64,000 nucleotides of DNA from Candidatus Anaerofilum excrementigallinarum. Lineage in GTDB: Bacteria > Bacillota > Clostridia > Oscillospirales > Ruminococcaceae. The position numbers and the translations under genes are program-made. The DNA lies in NCBI GenBank assembly GCA_019115305.1, contig DXDW01000130.1, positions 49 to 64,048 of the forward strand, read 5' to 3'. The notes under the pieces were generated by a model, which did not search any database, was not told where the DNA came from, and saw nothing but the letters and a program-made list of their open reading frames with translations. This document shows positions 51,220 to 60,300 of the stretch, piece after piece (position 1 is the stretch's first letter; every line of letters starts with the position of its first letter).

Positions 51220-52653
51220 TTAAGGCGCCGGTACCGGGCCCGCGGCCCCCAGCATGGGCAGTCGCACCGTCACGGTGGTGCCCACCCCCAGCTGGCTGGC
51301 GATGGACAGCTCCCCGTCCATGGCCCGCAGGATCTCGTCCACCACCGCCAGGCCGATACCGCTGCCCTGGACGGCGTTGCGCCCCTTGTAAAATTTCTGG
51401 CACACATTTTCCAGGTCCTCGGGGGCGATGCCCCGGCCCTCGTCCCGTATCTCCACAAAGGCGCTCTCCCCATCCTGGAGCAGGTCGATGTAGATGGCGT
51501 GCCCCGGGGTGGAGTACTTCACGGCGTTGTCCAGCACGTTGACGAACACCTGCCGCAGCCGCGCGGGATCGGCCAGAACCGGCAAAGGCAGCTGTGGCTC
51601 CTCGTATTCCAGCCGCAGTCCCTGCTGCTGGATGCGGGCCTGCATCATCAGCGCCGCGTCGCTCACCTCGGCCACCAGGTCCAGCCGCTGGAAATTCAGC
51701 TTGACCCCGCTTTGCAGCCGGGAAAAATCCAGCAGTTCCTCCACCATGTTGTACAGCCGTTGGGTCTCCCGGGTGATGATGTCCATGCCCCGGGCATACA
51801 TCTCCTCCTCGGGGGAGAGATGAGAGAGGGTCTCGATCCACCCCTTGATGGAGGTGAGCGGGGTGCGCAGCTCGTGGCTGACGCTGCTGATGAACTCATT
51901 TTTCATCTGCTCGGTGCGGCGCAGCTCCCGGGCCATGTCGTTGATGGTCTCGCACAGCCGGCCGATCTCCCCGTCGTAGCTCTCCTCGATACGGATGTCC
52001 AGTTCTCCCCGGGCGATGCGCCGGGCGGTGGCCTCCACCGTGTTCAGGGGATGGACGATGCCCCGCACAAAAAACAGACCCGACACCACGCTGAAGGCAA
52101 ACACCACCAGGCAGACCAGCAAAGACAGCTGGAGATAGTCGGCCAGCTGCTGGTCCACCAAGGTCAGGCTGGTCACCAATCGGATGGCCACCACCAGATC
52201 GGCGGGATAGGGCACCAGATAGGTCACCGCCATCACCTTTTCTCCGGCGCTGGTGCGGTAGATGGCCTCTCCCCGGCCGTCGCCGCTCTGGCGGGCCAGC
52301 TGGTAGTCGGGGGGCACCGCCAGCCCCGGCACCTGGCCGCTGGAACTGGTGAGAATGCGCCCGCCGTCCACCAGCAGCATCAGTTCAAACCGGTCCTTGG
52401 CGTCGAAATCCTCCACCATCTGGCGCAGCAGCCGCTCCCGCTGGCCGGCAGCCTCGGCGGAATCGGACTGGGGATCGCCGGTCACCTGCAAAGAACCGGC
52501 AATGATGGAATAGCGGTTGTCCAGCGCCCGGCGCACCTCGTCGTAGTAGGTGGAGTGCATAAAGGCCACGAACAGGGCCTCGGCCGCCGCCAACAGCAGC
52601 ACCACCAGCGACAGATGGCTGGTGATCCATTTGCGTGTGATGCCGTAGCGCAC
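51220..52653 (-). CDS. Sensor histidine kinase (WalK-like)
   Basis: Two TMs, HAMP, SHELRTPLTSIKGW, NVLDNAVKYS, GSGIGL. Confidence 0.92.
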   Translation of the reverse strand: MRYGITRKWITSHLSLVVLLLAAAEALFVAFMHSTYYDEVRRALDNRYSIIAGSLQVTGDPQSDSAEAAGQRERLLRQMVEDFDAKDRFELMLLVDGGRILTSSSGQVPGLAVPPDYQLARQSGDGRGEAIYRTSAGEKVMAVTYLVPYPADLVVAIRLVTSLTLVDQQLADYLQLSLLVCLVVFAFSVVSGLFFVRGIVHPLNTVEATARRIARGELDIRIEESYDGEIGRLCETINDMARELRRTEQMKNEFISSVSHELRTPLTSIKGWIETLSHLSPEEEMYARGMDIITRETQRLYNMVEELLDFSRLQSGVKLNFQRLDLVAEVSDAALMMQARIQQQGLRLEYEEPQLPLPVLADPARLRQVFVNVLDNAVKYSTPGHAIYIDLLQDGESAFVEIRDEGRGIAPEDLENVCQKFYKGRNAVQGSGIGLAVVDEILRAMDGELSIASQLGVGTTVTVRLPMLGAAGPVPAP

Positions 52654-52680
52654 CGCCCGCCCCTCCTTTCCCGGGTGTCC

Positions 52681-53376
52681 TTATCCCTTCCAGCGGTAGC
52701 CGTAGCCCCACACCGTGAGGATGTGCTGGGGGTTGGAGGGTTCTTCCTCCACCTTCATCCGCAGCCGGCGGATGTTCACGTCCACGATCTTTACATCCCC
52801 GAAGTAGTTCTGTCCCCACACCCCTTCCAGGATCTTTTCCCGCTGGAGGGCGGCCCCCAGGTTGGCGAAAAACAGCTCCATGATCTGGAACTCCACCTGG
52901 GTGAGGTCGATGGGCTGGCCGTTTTTGTAGAGAATGCGGCTGCGCTTGTCCAGCACGAACCCGCCGCTGGTGATCTGCTCGCCGTCGGTCTGGCTGCCCG
53001 CGCCCCGGCCCACCCGGCGGCAGAGAGCCTCCACCCGGGCCAGCAGCTCGCTGACACTGAAAGGCTTGGTCATATAGTCGTCGGCGCCGATGGAAAGGCC
53101 CCGGATCTTGTCCTGCTCCTGGCTTTTGGCGCTGAGGATGATGATGCCGATGGTATCGTTCTGCCGGCGGATGCTCTCGCAGAGGGAAAAACCGTTCATG
53201 CCCGGCAGCATCACATCCACCACCGCCACATCGTAGCCGGGATTTTTCTCCAGCAGCTTCAGGGCCTCCTCGGCGCTTTCGGCCTCGTCCACCTGGCAGT
53301 CGGTGAGACGCAGGTTGAGTGCCACCAGCTCCCGGATGGGGGCGGCGTCCTCCACCACCAGTATCTTTTTGGACAT
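52681..53376 (-). CDS. OmpR-family response regulator (WalR-like)
   Basis: ILVVED, DVMLP, YFGDVKIVDVNIRRLRMKVEEEPSNP..ILTVWGYGY. Confidence 0.93.
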   Translation of the reverse strand: MSKKILVVEDAAPIRELVALNLRLTDCQVDEAESAEEALKLLEKNPGYDVAVVDVMLPGMNGFSLCESIRRQNDTIGIIILSAKSQEQDKIRGLSIGADDYMTKPFSVSELLARVEALCRRVGRGAGSQTDGEQITSGGFVLDKRSRILYKNGQPIDLTQVEFQIMELFFANLGAALQREKILEGVWGQNYFGDVKIVDVNIRRLRMKVEEEPSNPQHILTVWGYGYRWKG

Positions 53377-53402
53377 AACAAACCCTCCTTTGGGCGTGTG
53401 AT

Positions 53403-54662
53403 TTACAGTATATAGAGCCCCTCGGCCGTCCAGCCTTCGGGCAGATAGGATTCATTTTCCTGTACCAGCAGCCGGTTCTGCCCCAGCAGGCAGATCTGGC
53501 TGTATTCCCGGGCCGCGCCGGGAATGGCCCCCTCCCGGCTGCACACCAGCACCCGCAGGTACCACAGGCTGCCGTTGGCGCTGGTCACCTGCCAGCCATC
53601 CAGAGCGGGGCCGTCGGAGACGGTCACATCCCCCATCCAGGCCACCGGCAGGCGCAGGAAAAATCCGTATTCCATGTCCAGCACGCCAAACTGCACCACC
53701 GTGCTGCTGGCCCGGGTGAAATCCCGCCAGGTGATGAGGGAGAGCCGCCGGGCCGAGTCCTCGGTGGTGATCTCCTGCTCCACCACCGGGATCTCCACGG
53801 TGCCGTCGCCGTTGATGTCACAGCTGTACAGCCCCGGTTTCAGGCGGGCGGTGCGGGCGGCCAGGCTTTCCCCTTCCACCGCCCGGCGCAGCTGGCCGGA
53901 CTCCTGGTCGTAGCAGACCAAATCGCTGATGGTGTAGCCGCTCTGGTCGGTGCCGTCCATCACGATATAATGCCCATGAGGGCTGGCGGAATACAAAAGC
54001 TGCTCGCAGCTGTAAAAGCGGGGGTCCAGGGCCAGATCCTGGGTATTGACCAGCTCCCCGTCCCGGCTGGTGAACAGAGTGAGGACCAGTCCCTCCCCCC
54101 GGCGGCGGGCCAGCACCAGATCCTGGCTGCCCGAGCCGGTGACGTCCTGCACCAGATACTGGGAACAGGGCAGCACAAACTCTTCCCGGATGGTCTTATC
54201 CTGGTAGGAGTAGACGGCCAGATAGTTTTCGGCGTCGGAGGTGGGGGCGGCGTAGACCACCACCAGATCGTGCCCATAGCCCCGCAGGGCCGCCTGGGAG
54301 ATGCCCGCCACCTCGGTGGTGGGGCCTTCCAGCTCCTGGGTCACAAACCAGTTTCCTTCCCGCTGCTCCAGCACCGCCAGCCGCACATTGAGGCCCTGGG
54401 CGCTGCTCTGGTAGAGCACCACCGCCTCCTCGGTGCCGTCTCCGTCCAGGTCACCGAACAGAAAGGGGCTGGAAGTGTCCCCCTCCCGGGGGTATTTCAG
54501 CTGGGCGGCCTCTCCCAGATAGTCGTTGAGAGCCTTCTGCACCACGCCCAGCCGGGAGGACAGCTGCGGAGCCCGCAACAGTTCCTCGGCGGTGGCGGGG
54601 GAACAGGCCGTGAAAAGGCAAAGGGCGGCCAGCACCGCAGCCAGCCAAATTGCTCTGCGCAT
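53403..54662 (-). CDS. Lipoprotein with FG-GAP/VCBS-like repeats, co-transcribed with the two-component system
   Basis: Lipobox FTAC; GDLDGDG, DVTGSG, DINGDG motifs; start ATG 54662. Confidence 0.8.
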   Translation of the reverse strand: MRRAIWLAAVLAALCLFTACSPATAEELLRAPQLSSRLGVVQKALNDYLGEAAQLKYPREGDTSSPFLFGDLDGDGTEEAVVLYQSSAQGLNVRLAVLEQREGNWFVTQELEGPTTEVAGISQAALRGYGHDLVVVYAAPTSDAENYLAVYSYQDKTIREEFVLPCSQYLVQDVTGSGSQDLVLARRRGEGLVLTLFTSRDGELVNTQDLALDPRFYSCEQLLYSASPHGHYIVMDGTDQSGYTISDLVCYDQESGQLRRAVEGESLAARTARLKPGLYSCDINGDGTVEIPVVEQEITTEDSARRLSLITWRDFTRASSTVVQFGVLDMEYGFFLRLPVAWMGDVTVSDGPALDGWQVTSANGSLWYLRVLVCSREGAIPGAAREYSQICLLGQNRLLVQENESYLPEGWTAEGLYIL

Positions 54663-54777
54663 ACCGCCACCCCGTTTCCTTGGCGAAAACCGCCCTTTTC
54701 GATATGCACCTATTGTAGCACAAACCCTCGGCGGGGGCAAGTGCGCGGGTTTTCTCCCCCTCCCCGGCCCAGGGCGC

Positions 54778-54815
54778 AAAAAAGCGGCTTTGCGCCGAAG
54801 CACAAAGCCGCAAAA
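54778..54815 (-). terminator. Intrinsic terminator ending the NTPase operon
   Basis: GCGGCTTTG..CAAAGCCGC stem followed by T6 on the minus strand. Confidence 0.75.
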
Positions 54816-54834
54816 GGGTGATAAAACCGGGCCG

Positions 54835-57261
54835 TCAGATCTGCTCCACCAGCTCGGCGGCGAAAAAGTCCCGGCCGTCCTGGCTGCGGAACTCGGTGAG
54901 CCGCACCTGGAAGCGGCATCCCGCCGGCTGGAAGTTCTCCTGGGGATGACTTTCCAGATACCGGCGCACCTGCCGGGGCGAGATGTTCACCATATATCCT
55001 TCGGGGCGCAGGGTGCCCTTGAGGCCGCCGTTGGATTTGCGCTCGGTGCACTGCATTTCCTGCACCGAACCCACCAGCCGATTCACCTCGGCGGGGTCCA
55101 GAGCCGGCGGGAACAGCCGCCGGGCCAGCTCCCGGGCCAGAGCCAGACGGTCCAGAATGCCCTCGGAATCCTGCCGGCCCATGAGCAGCTCGCACATCTC
55201 GGCCAGGCTGTCCCTATCGGGGGCCTGGTCATCGGCATGGTCGGCCTGGTTGCGGATCATCCGGGCGCCGTGAATGTCGCTTTGCAGCCGGTCCCACCAG
55301 ACCTTCCAGCCGGCGGCGGGAGGATTGGCCAGGTCGTTCTGGCAGCAGAGGGTGTCCAGATAGTCCTTCTGGCCGGCGATCAGATAGGCATAGTTGCCGA
55401 TGTAGGTGCGGCGGGGCACCTTGCAGCCGAAGGTCTCGGCGCCGTCGGGGTCGTCCCGGCGAGTGATGGGGTTGTAGCTGCGCAGCCGGGGCTCCTTGTG
55501 GAACAGCTCGTAGAGGTTGTCCTGCAGCGCCTGCTCCAGGGCCTTGCCGTAGAGCACCAGCTGGGGGGAGAATTCCTCCATGAAATTGCCCAGCAGCCCC
55601 AGAGCGTCCTCCACCACCACCGACATCTTGAGATAGAACTGGCAGCGCTCGCTCTGGCGGGCCAGCATCTCGTCGGTGAGGGCCGGGCGGCATTTGCGCC
55701 GGGCGGCGTCAAAGCGCCGTTCCAGGGTATCCAGATCTTCCGGGTCTACCTCCACCAGATCCTGCTCCTGGTCCACCTCCACGTCCTGGAGCAACTGGCG
55801 GCCGATCTGGCCGAACTGCTCGTCCCGCTTTTGGGCGTAGACGGTTTCGGGCAGCGCCTCGGGCCGGGGGGCGGCCTCCAGGGCCAGGCCCTCCATCCGC
55901 CGACGCAGCAGCTGGGCAAAGTCCAGAGGCGAACCCGACTGGCCCAGCATATCCAGCATCTGCCGGGCGGTGATGCCCTGGACGATCTGCAGATTTTCGG
56001 CGGTGATTGTCTGGCTGTTGTCCTGGGCGCCGTTGGTATAGATATTTCCGTGGACGATGTACTGGTACTGCACCGGCTGGACGGGCTGGGCCTCCTGCTG
56101 ATCCTGGGCGGGCCGGGGATGAAGGGGATTGCCGGCGGCAGCCTGCCGGGGCTCGTCCTGGCGGCAGAACTGCTGGAACAGCAGGCAGTTGCAGCTCACC
56201 TCGTACTCATTGGGTACCCGCAGGCGGCCCTGGCTGTCCACCGTGGACACCGGCCGCAGCAGGCCCCGGCGGCAAAGAGTGGCCACCGCCGGCAGCAGCC
56301 CGGGCTGGCCGTTGAAGTCCAGCCGGGCCAGCTGGTTGTTGCTGCCGGGCACCGCGGCCAGCTGTTCCAGCACTTCCAGCTGGGGCTCGGTGAGCAGCTT
56401 GCACCAGCTGCGGAAGATGGGCAGGCTGGCCTGGTAGGCCTGGCGGGTGGCCTGGGCGCCGTTCAGCTTGCCCTCCCCCTGTTCCAGGCTGTCGAAAACC
56501 GCTTCGGCCACCGCCTCCAGCACCCAGGGCACGCCGCCCGAAAGGAGATGGACCGTGCGGATGGCCCGGTCGTCCAGCTGCATGGGGCTGCCGGCCTGCT
56601 TGCCGGCGATGAACGCGGCGGCCTGTTCCTCGGTCAGCGGCTGCATGCAGAGAAAGCCGGTGAACTTCTGCAGGAAGTAGGACCCCCGCACGTCGGCAGG
56701 CAGAGAGTCCCGGGACAGATCGTAATCGGTGGCCACCACGCACTGGAGCCGGCCGCCCTCGATGAGGGAACGGAACACCTCGTGGTGGTTCATGGTGATG
56801 GTGGGCGAGGAAGTGAAGGTCTCGAAGTTGTCCATCACCAACAGGATGAAATAGCCGTAGTCGTGGAGCATCTCAATGGTCTGCTGCAGCCGGGTGAGGG
56901 CCGCATGGCTCTGGATGATCTCCAGCTCGGCCAACAGCTCGGTCTGCAGGGAGCTGCCGGCCAGCAGCCGACGCACTCCGTAGACCAGCTGGTCGTAAAG
57001 GTACTGGCACATCTCCTCGCCGTCGGCGGTGGGAGACAGATCGGCGCGGCACACCAGAATGTGCTGTTCCGCCGCCATGCGCCGGCGCACGGGAAAGCTG
57101 AAAAAGCAGTTGAGAAGGGAGCTTTTGCCGCTGCCCTGGGGCCCCAGCACACAGACATTGACCCTCTGGCTGATGTATTCCTGCAGCTGCTCAAAAGCCC
57201 TGTCGCAGCCTGCCCAGTCCTGGCGGGATTCCAGGGGCCATCGGCTTGCAAATGGATTCAT
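54835..57261 (-). CDS. STAND-like P-loop NTPase fused to HEPN-like and S1/OB-like domains (808 aa)
   Basis: GAGGAG RBS; MNPF start; Walker A GPQGSGKS; Walker B LLVMDNFE; SGGVPW; YGKALE...RNQADH; beta-rich C-terminus. Confidence 0.8.
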   Translation of the reverse strand: MNPFASRWPLESRQDWAGCDRAFEQLQEYISQRVNVCVLGPQGSGKSSLLNCFFSFPVRRRMAAEQHILVCRADLSPTADGEEMCQYLYDQLVYGVRRLLAGSSLQTELLAELEIIQSHAALTRLQQTIEMLHDYGYFILLVMDNFETFTSSPTITMNHHEVFRSLIEGGRLQCVVATDYDLSRDSLPADVRGSYFLQKFTGFLCMQPLTEEQAAAFIAGKQAGSPMQLDDRAIRTVHLLSGGVPWVLEAVAEAVFDSLEQGEGKLNGAQATRQAYQASLPIFRSWCKLLTEPQLEVLEQLAAVPGSNNQLARLDFNGQPGLLPAVATLCRRGLLRPVSTVDSQGRLRVPNEYEVSCNCLLFQQFCRQDEPRQAAAGNPLHPRPAQDQQEAQPVQPVQYQYIVHGNIYTNGAQDNSQTITAENLQIVQGITARQMLDMLGQSGSPLDFAQLLRRRMEGLALEAAPRPEALPETVYAQKRDEQFGQIGRQLLQDVEVDQEQDLVEVDPEDLDTLERRFDAARRKCRPALTDEMLARQSERCQFYLKMSVVVEDALGLLGNFMEEFSPQLVLYGKALEQALQDNLYELFHKEPRLRSYNPITRRDDPDGAETFGCKVPRRTYIGNYAYLIAGQKDYLDTLCCQNDLANPPAAGWKVWWDRLQSDIHGARMIRNQADHADDQAPDRDSLAEMCELLMGRQDSEGILDRLALARELARRLFPPALDPAEVNRLVGSVQEMQCTERKSNGGLKGTLRPEGYMVNISPRQVRRYLESHPQENFQPAGCRFQVRLTEFRSQDGRDFFAAELVEQI

Positions 57262-57314
57262 ATCGGGTGATTCTCCTCTCCGCCGGCCCCGAAGGGCCGG
57301 CATCTGTTGGTATA

Positions 57315-60300
57315 TCAGGTATCGCTAAAGGGGTCCCATTCCTCCTCATCGGAGGACAGACCGGCAGCCGGCTGGACAACCGGGGCGGCGGGGGCAGTGG
57401 GCGCAGCCGAAACCGGCTGTGCTGCCGGGGCCGCAGCGGTGCTCAGGTCCTGTTTTTTCTGGAAAATGTCGGGTTCCTCGGGCATCTGCTCAAACTGGGA
57501 CGGGCAGGTGCGGAAGAAGCGGCGGTAGATGTCCAGCTCGAAGCGGAACAGCTTCTGGTCCGCCGGGTGCTGGGCCACTACCTTGAGTTCCCGCAGCACC
57601 ACCATGGCTTTCTGCACCTCCACCGGCTCCCAGCCCAGCCGCTGGCAAAGGCTGTTGAGATGGACATAGCCCTCCCGCTTGCTGGCCAGGCTCTGCATGG
57701 CGTCCAGCAGCTGGTATTCCGTCCGGCCCTCGCAGCCCTCGTAGAACTGCTTGCACCACTGCTCGTTTACCACCTTGGGCAGACTCTGCTGCACGTCGGA
57801 GGGATAGACCACGCTGCGGTAGTCCTGCTTGGCCCGCTTGATGGCCTCCTCGCCCAGCAGCTTGGTGTGCCAGGCAAGGCCGCCCACATAGCCCCAGATC
57901 CAGTCCATGGCGCTGGCGGTGATGACCAGCTCGGGATAGGCCCGGTAGGGGGTGCGGATCAGGGCCTTGGCGTCCTCTTCGGGCAGCTTGCCGATCTCGA
58001 TGACCTGCTTGCCGAACCGCTGGAACAGCTGGTTGACCTTGTCTCCCTTGAGATTGTAGCGGATAAGCCAGTTGGAGCCGCAGAGCACAAAGTGGACGCA
58101 CTGGCGGCACTCGGTGCTGTTGAGCATCTCGCTGATGGCCCCGAACAGGCTGTCCAGGTTGCGCTGGTAGAGGTTGTGGTTTTCTTCCACCCGCTGGAAC
58201 AGCCGGTCCACCTCGTCGATGACCAGATACAGGCCCCGGTCCCCGATGAGCTGTTTCACGTCGTAGTAGAACAAACTCAGCCGCTCGGGGTGCTGGTCGG
58301 CGCAGAAGGCGCCGGAGGACCAGGTCTGGCGCAGCCGCTCCCAGCCGTCGCTGAGGGCCAGGTCGGGCAGCTGGCGCTGGACAATGTCAATGACCCGGTC
58401 CACAAACACATACTGGATGCAGTCGGCGGCGCTGAGGGTCTGGCAGTCGGTCTTGACGCAGATGACGTCGGGGCAGTTTTCGGTGATATAGGTGGCGAAA
58501 TAGTTCAGCAAGGTGGTTTTGCCGGTGCGGCGCACGCCGTAGAGCAAAGCGCTCTTGTACTGGGCAAAGCTGCTGCCCTCCACCAGTCCCCGCAGGGCCG
58601 CGGTCTCCTGTTTGCGGCCGATGAATTCGGGGCTGTAAATCTCGCCGGTTTTGGGGTCCACGGCAAAATCGATGCCGTTGGCGTTGCTGCACAAAATGTT
58701 GTCGGGATAGGTGGGCGCAGGCATCGGGGCGATCTCCAGCTGCCCTTTGCGGGCCAGCTGGGAGGACACCTTGCCGTTGTACTGGAAGGCCAGGTTGAGG
58801 AAATAGTCCAGCTGCTGGGCATCCCCGGCGGAATAGTCCACCTCAAACACCACCTGCGCGCCGGGCAGAATCCGGCGCACCAGATACTGGCTGCTGCGGG
58901 TGTCGTTGCTGTAACTGGCCTGCAGCGCCACCTCCTCGGCGGCAGCCTGACCGATGTTGGTGACCATGCCGTAGAGATGGCCCTCGCTGTCCTGCAGGCC
59001 CTTGTTGAACACCTGCACATCCAGCACCGGGCGGTGGTCCAGCTCGTTGATCTCGTCGTTGATCAGCTTCTGCACCCGGTTTTTCAGTTCCATCCAGCGG
59101 TTGGTCTCGATCTTTTCCAGAGCAAAGTAGTTGTCGGACAGCGCCTGGCGCAGAGCCTCCAGATTTTCCTGGCCGTTGTAGGAATAGCTGCTGCAAAGGT
59201 TTTCCAGCACCTGGTAGATCTGGCCTACACAGGCCGCCTGCAGCGGGTCGGCCAGCAGGCCGCGCATAAACTGCCACAGGCCCCGGTGGGAGCCGTAGCT
59301 GTCCAGCAGCGGCTGGAGGGAGGAGAAGGAGATCAGCAGATCGAACAGAGCCGCAGGCATGGCCTGCCGGGCCTCCCGGGCACCGTAGCCCTCGCCGGCG
59401 CCCCCCTTGAGCATGGTGGCCAGCTCAAACAGGGTTTCGGTGGCCGCTTCCCGGTCTTTTTCTGCCAGGCAGAGGTTGTAGTGGTCCACCCCAAACAGCA
59501 GCAGGGCGTCCTCGATCTGGGGACGATAACCGCCGGCCAGGCTGGCCTGGTAGATGCGCTGGCTCAGCTCCCGCTTGCGCCGCAGATTGCTCGCCAAAGC
59601 CTGGATGGCCCGGTGCTGCTCTTCCAGGGCAGCGGGGTCGACCCCGGCCAGGGGCTCCAGGCCCTCGGCATAGGCGGGAAGATGCCCGGCGGGGTCATCC
59701 TCGGCCCCCGGACGCTGGCGGCCGCTCCAGAGGGAGGGATCCTTCTGGGGCACCCGGGCGCCCTCCTTGCACCGGTTGGAGATCAGGATGGTGTGGGCCA
59801 GCAGGGCGCGGCCATCCACGATGGCGTCGCTATTGCAGGCGGCCAACGTTTTCACCAGCTGCATATACCGCCGGTTGATCTGGTCGGCCATATCCAGGTT
59901 CTGCAGGCAATAGCTGATCTTGATGGCGCCCTTGGGCCGGAAGGGATTGTAGGGATATTTGAGCACATAGCAGAAATACAGCCTGGTAACGTCGTCTGCA
60001 AACTCGTCCACCAGCTCCATCTTCTCCTGGTCGGAACCGCTGTCGTCCATGATGAACAGCACCGCCCGGACCAGGCGGGCGTTGTCCCGGCTCAGCAGAC
60101 TGGCCAGCCGCAGCACCTCGTCGGAGCGGCTGGTGCTCAGCAGCTCCAGAACCAGATTCAGGCAGTCCCAGACAGGCAGCTGGCCAGAGGCCGCCTCGGC
60201 GAGCTGCTGGCTGTCCCCGGCAAACAGACCGGCCAACCGGTGCATCGTTTCGTAGATGGCCAGCTGCTTGCGGTTGTCCACCCGGTAGGTCAGCTGGACC

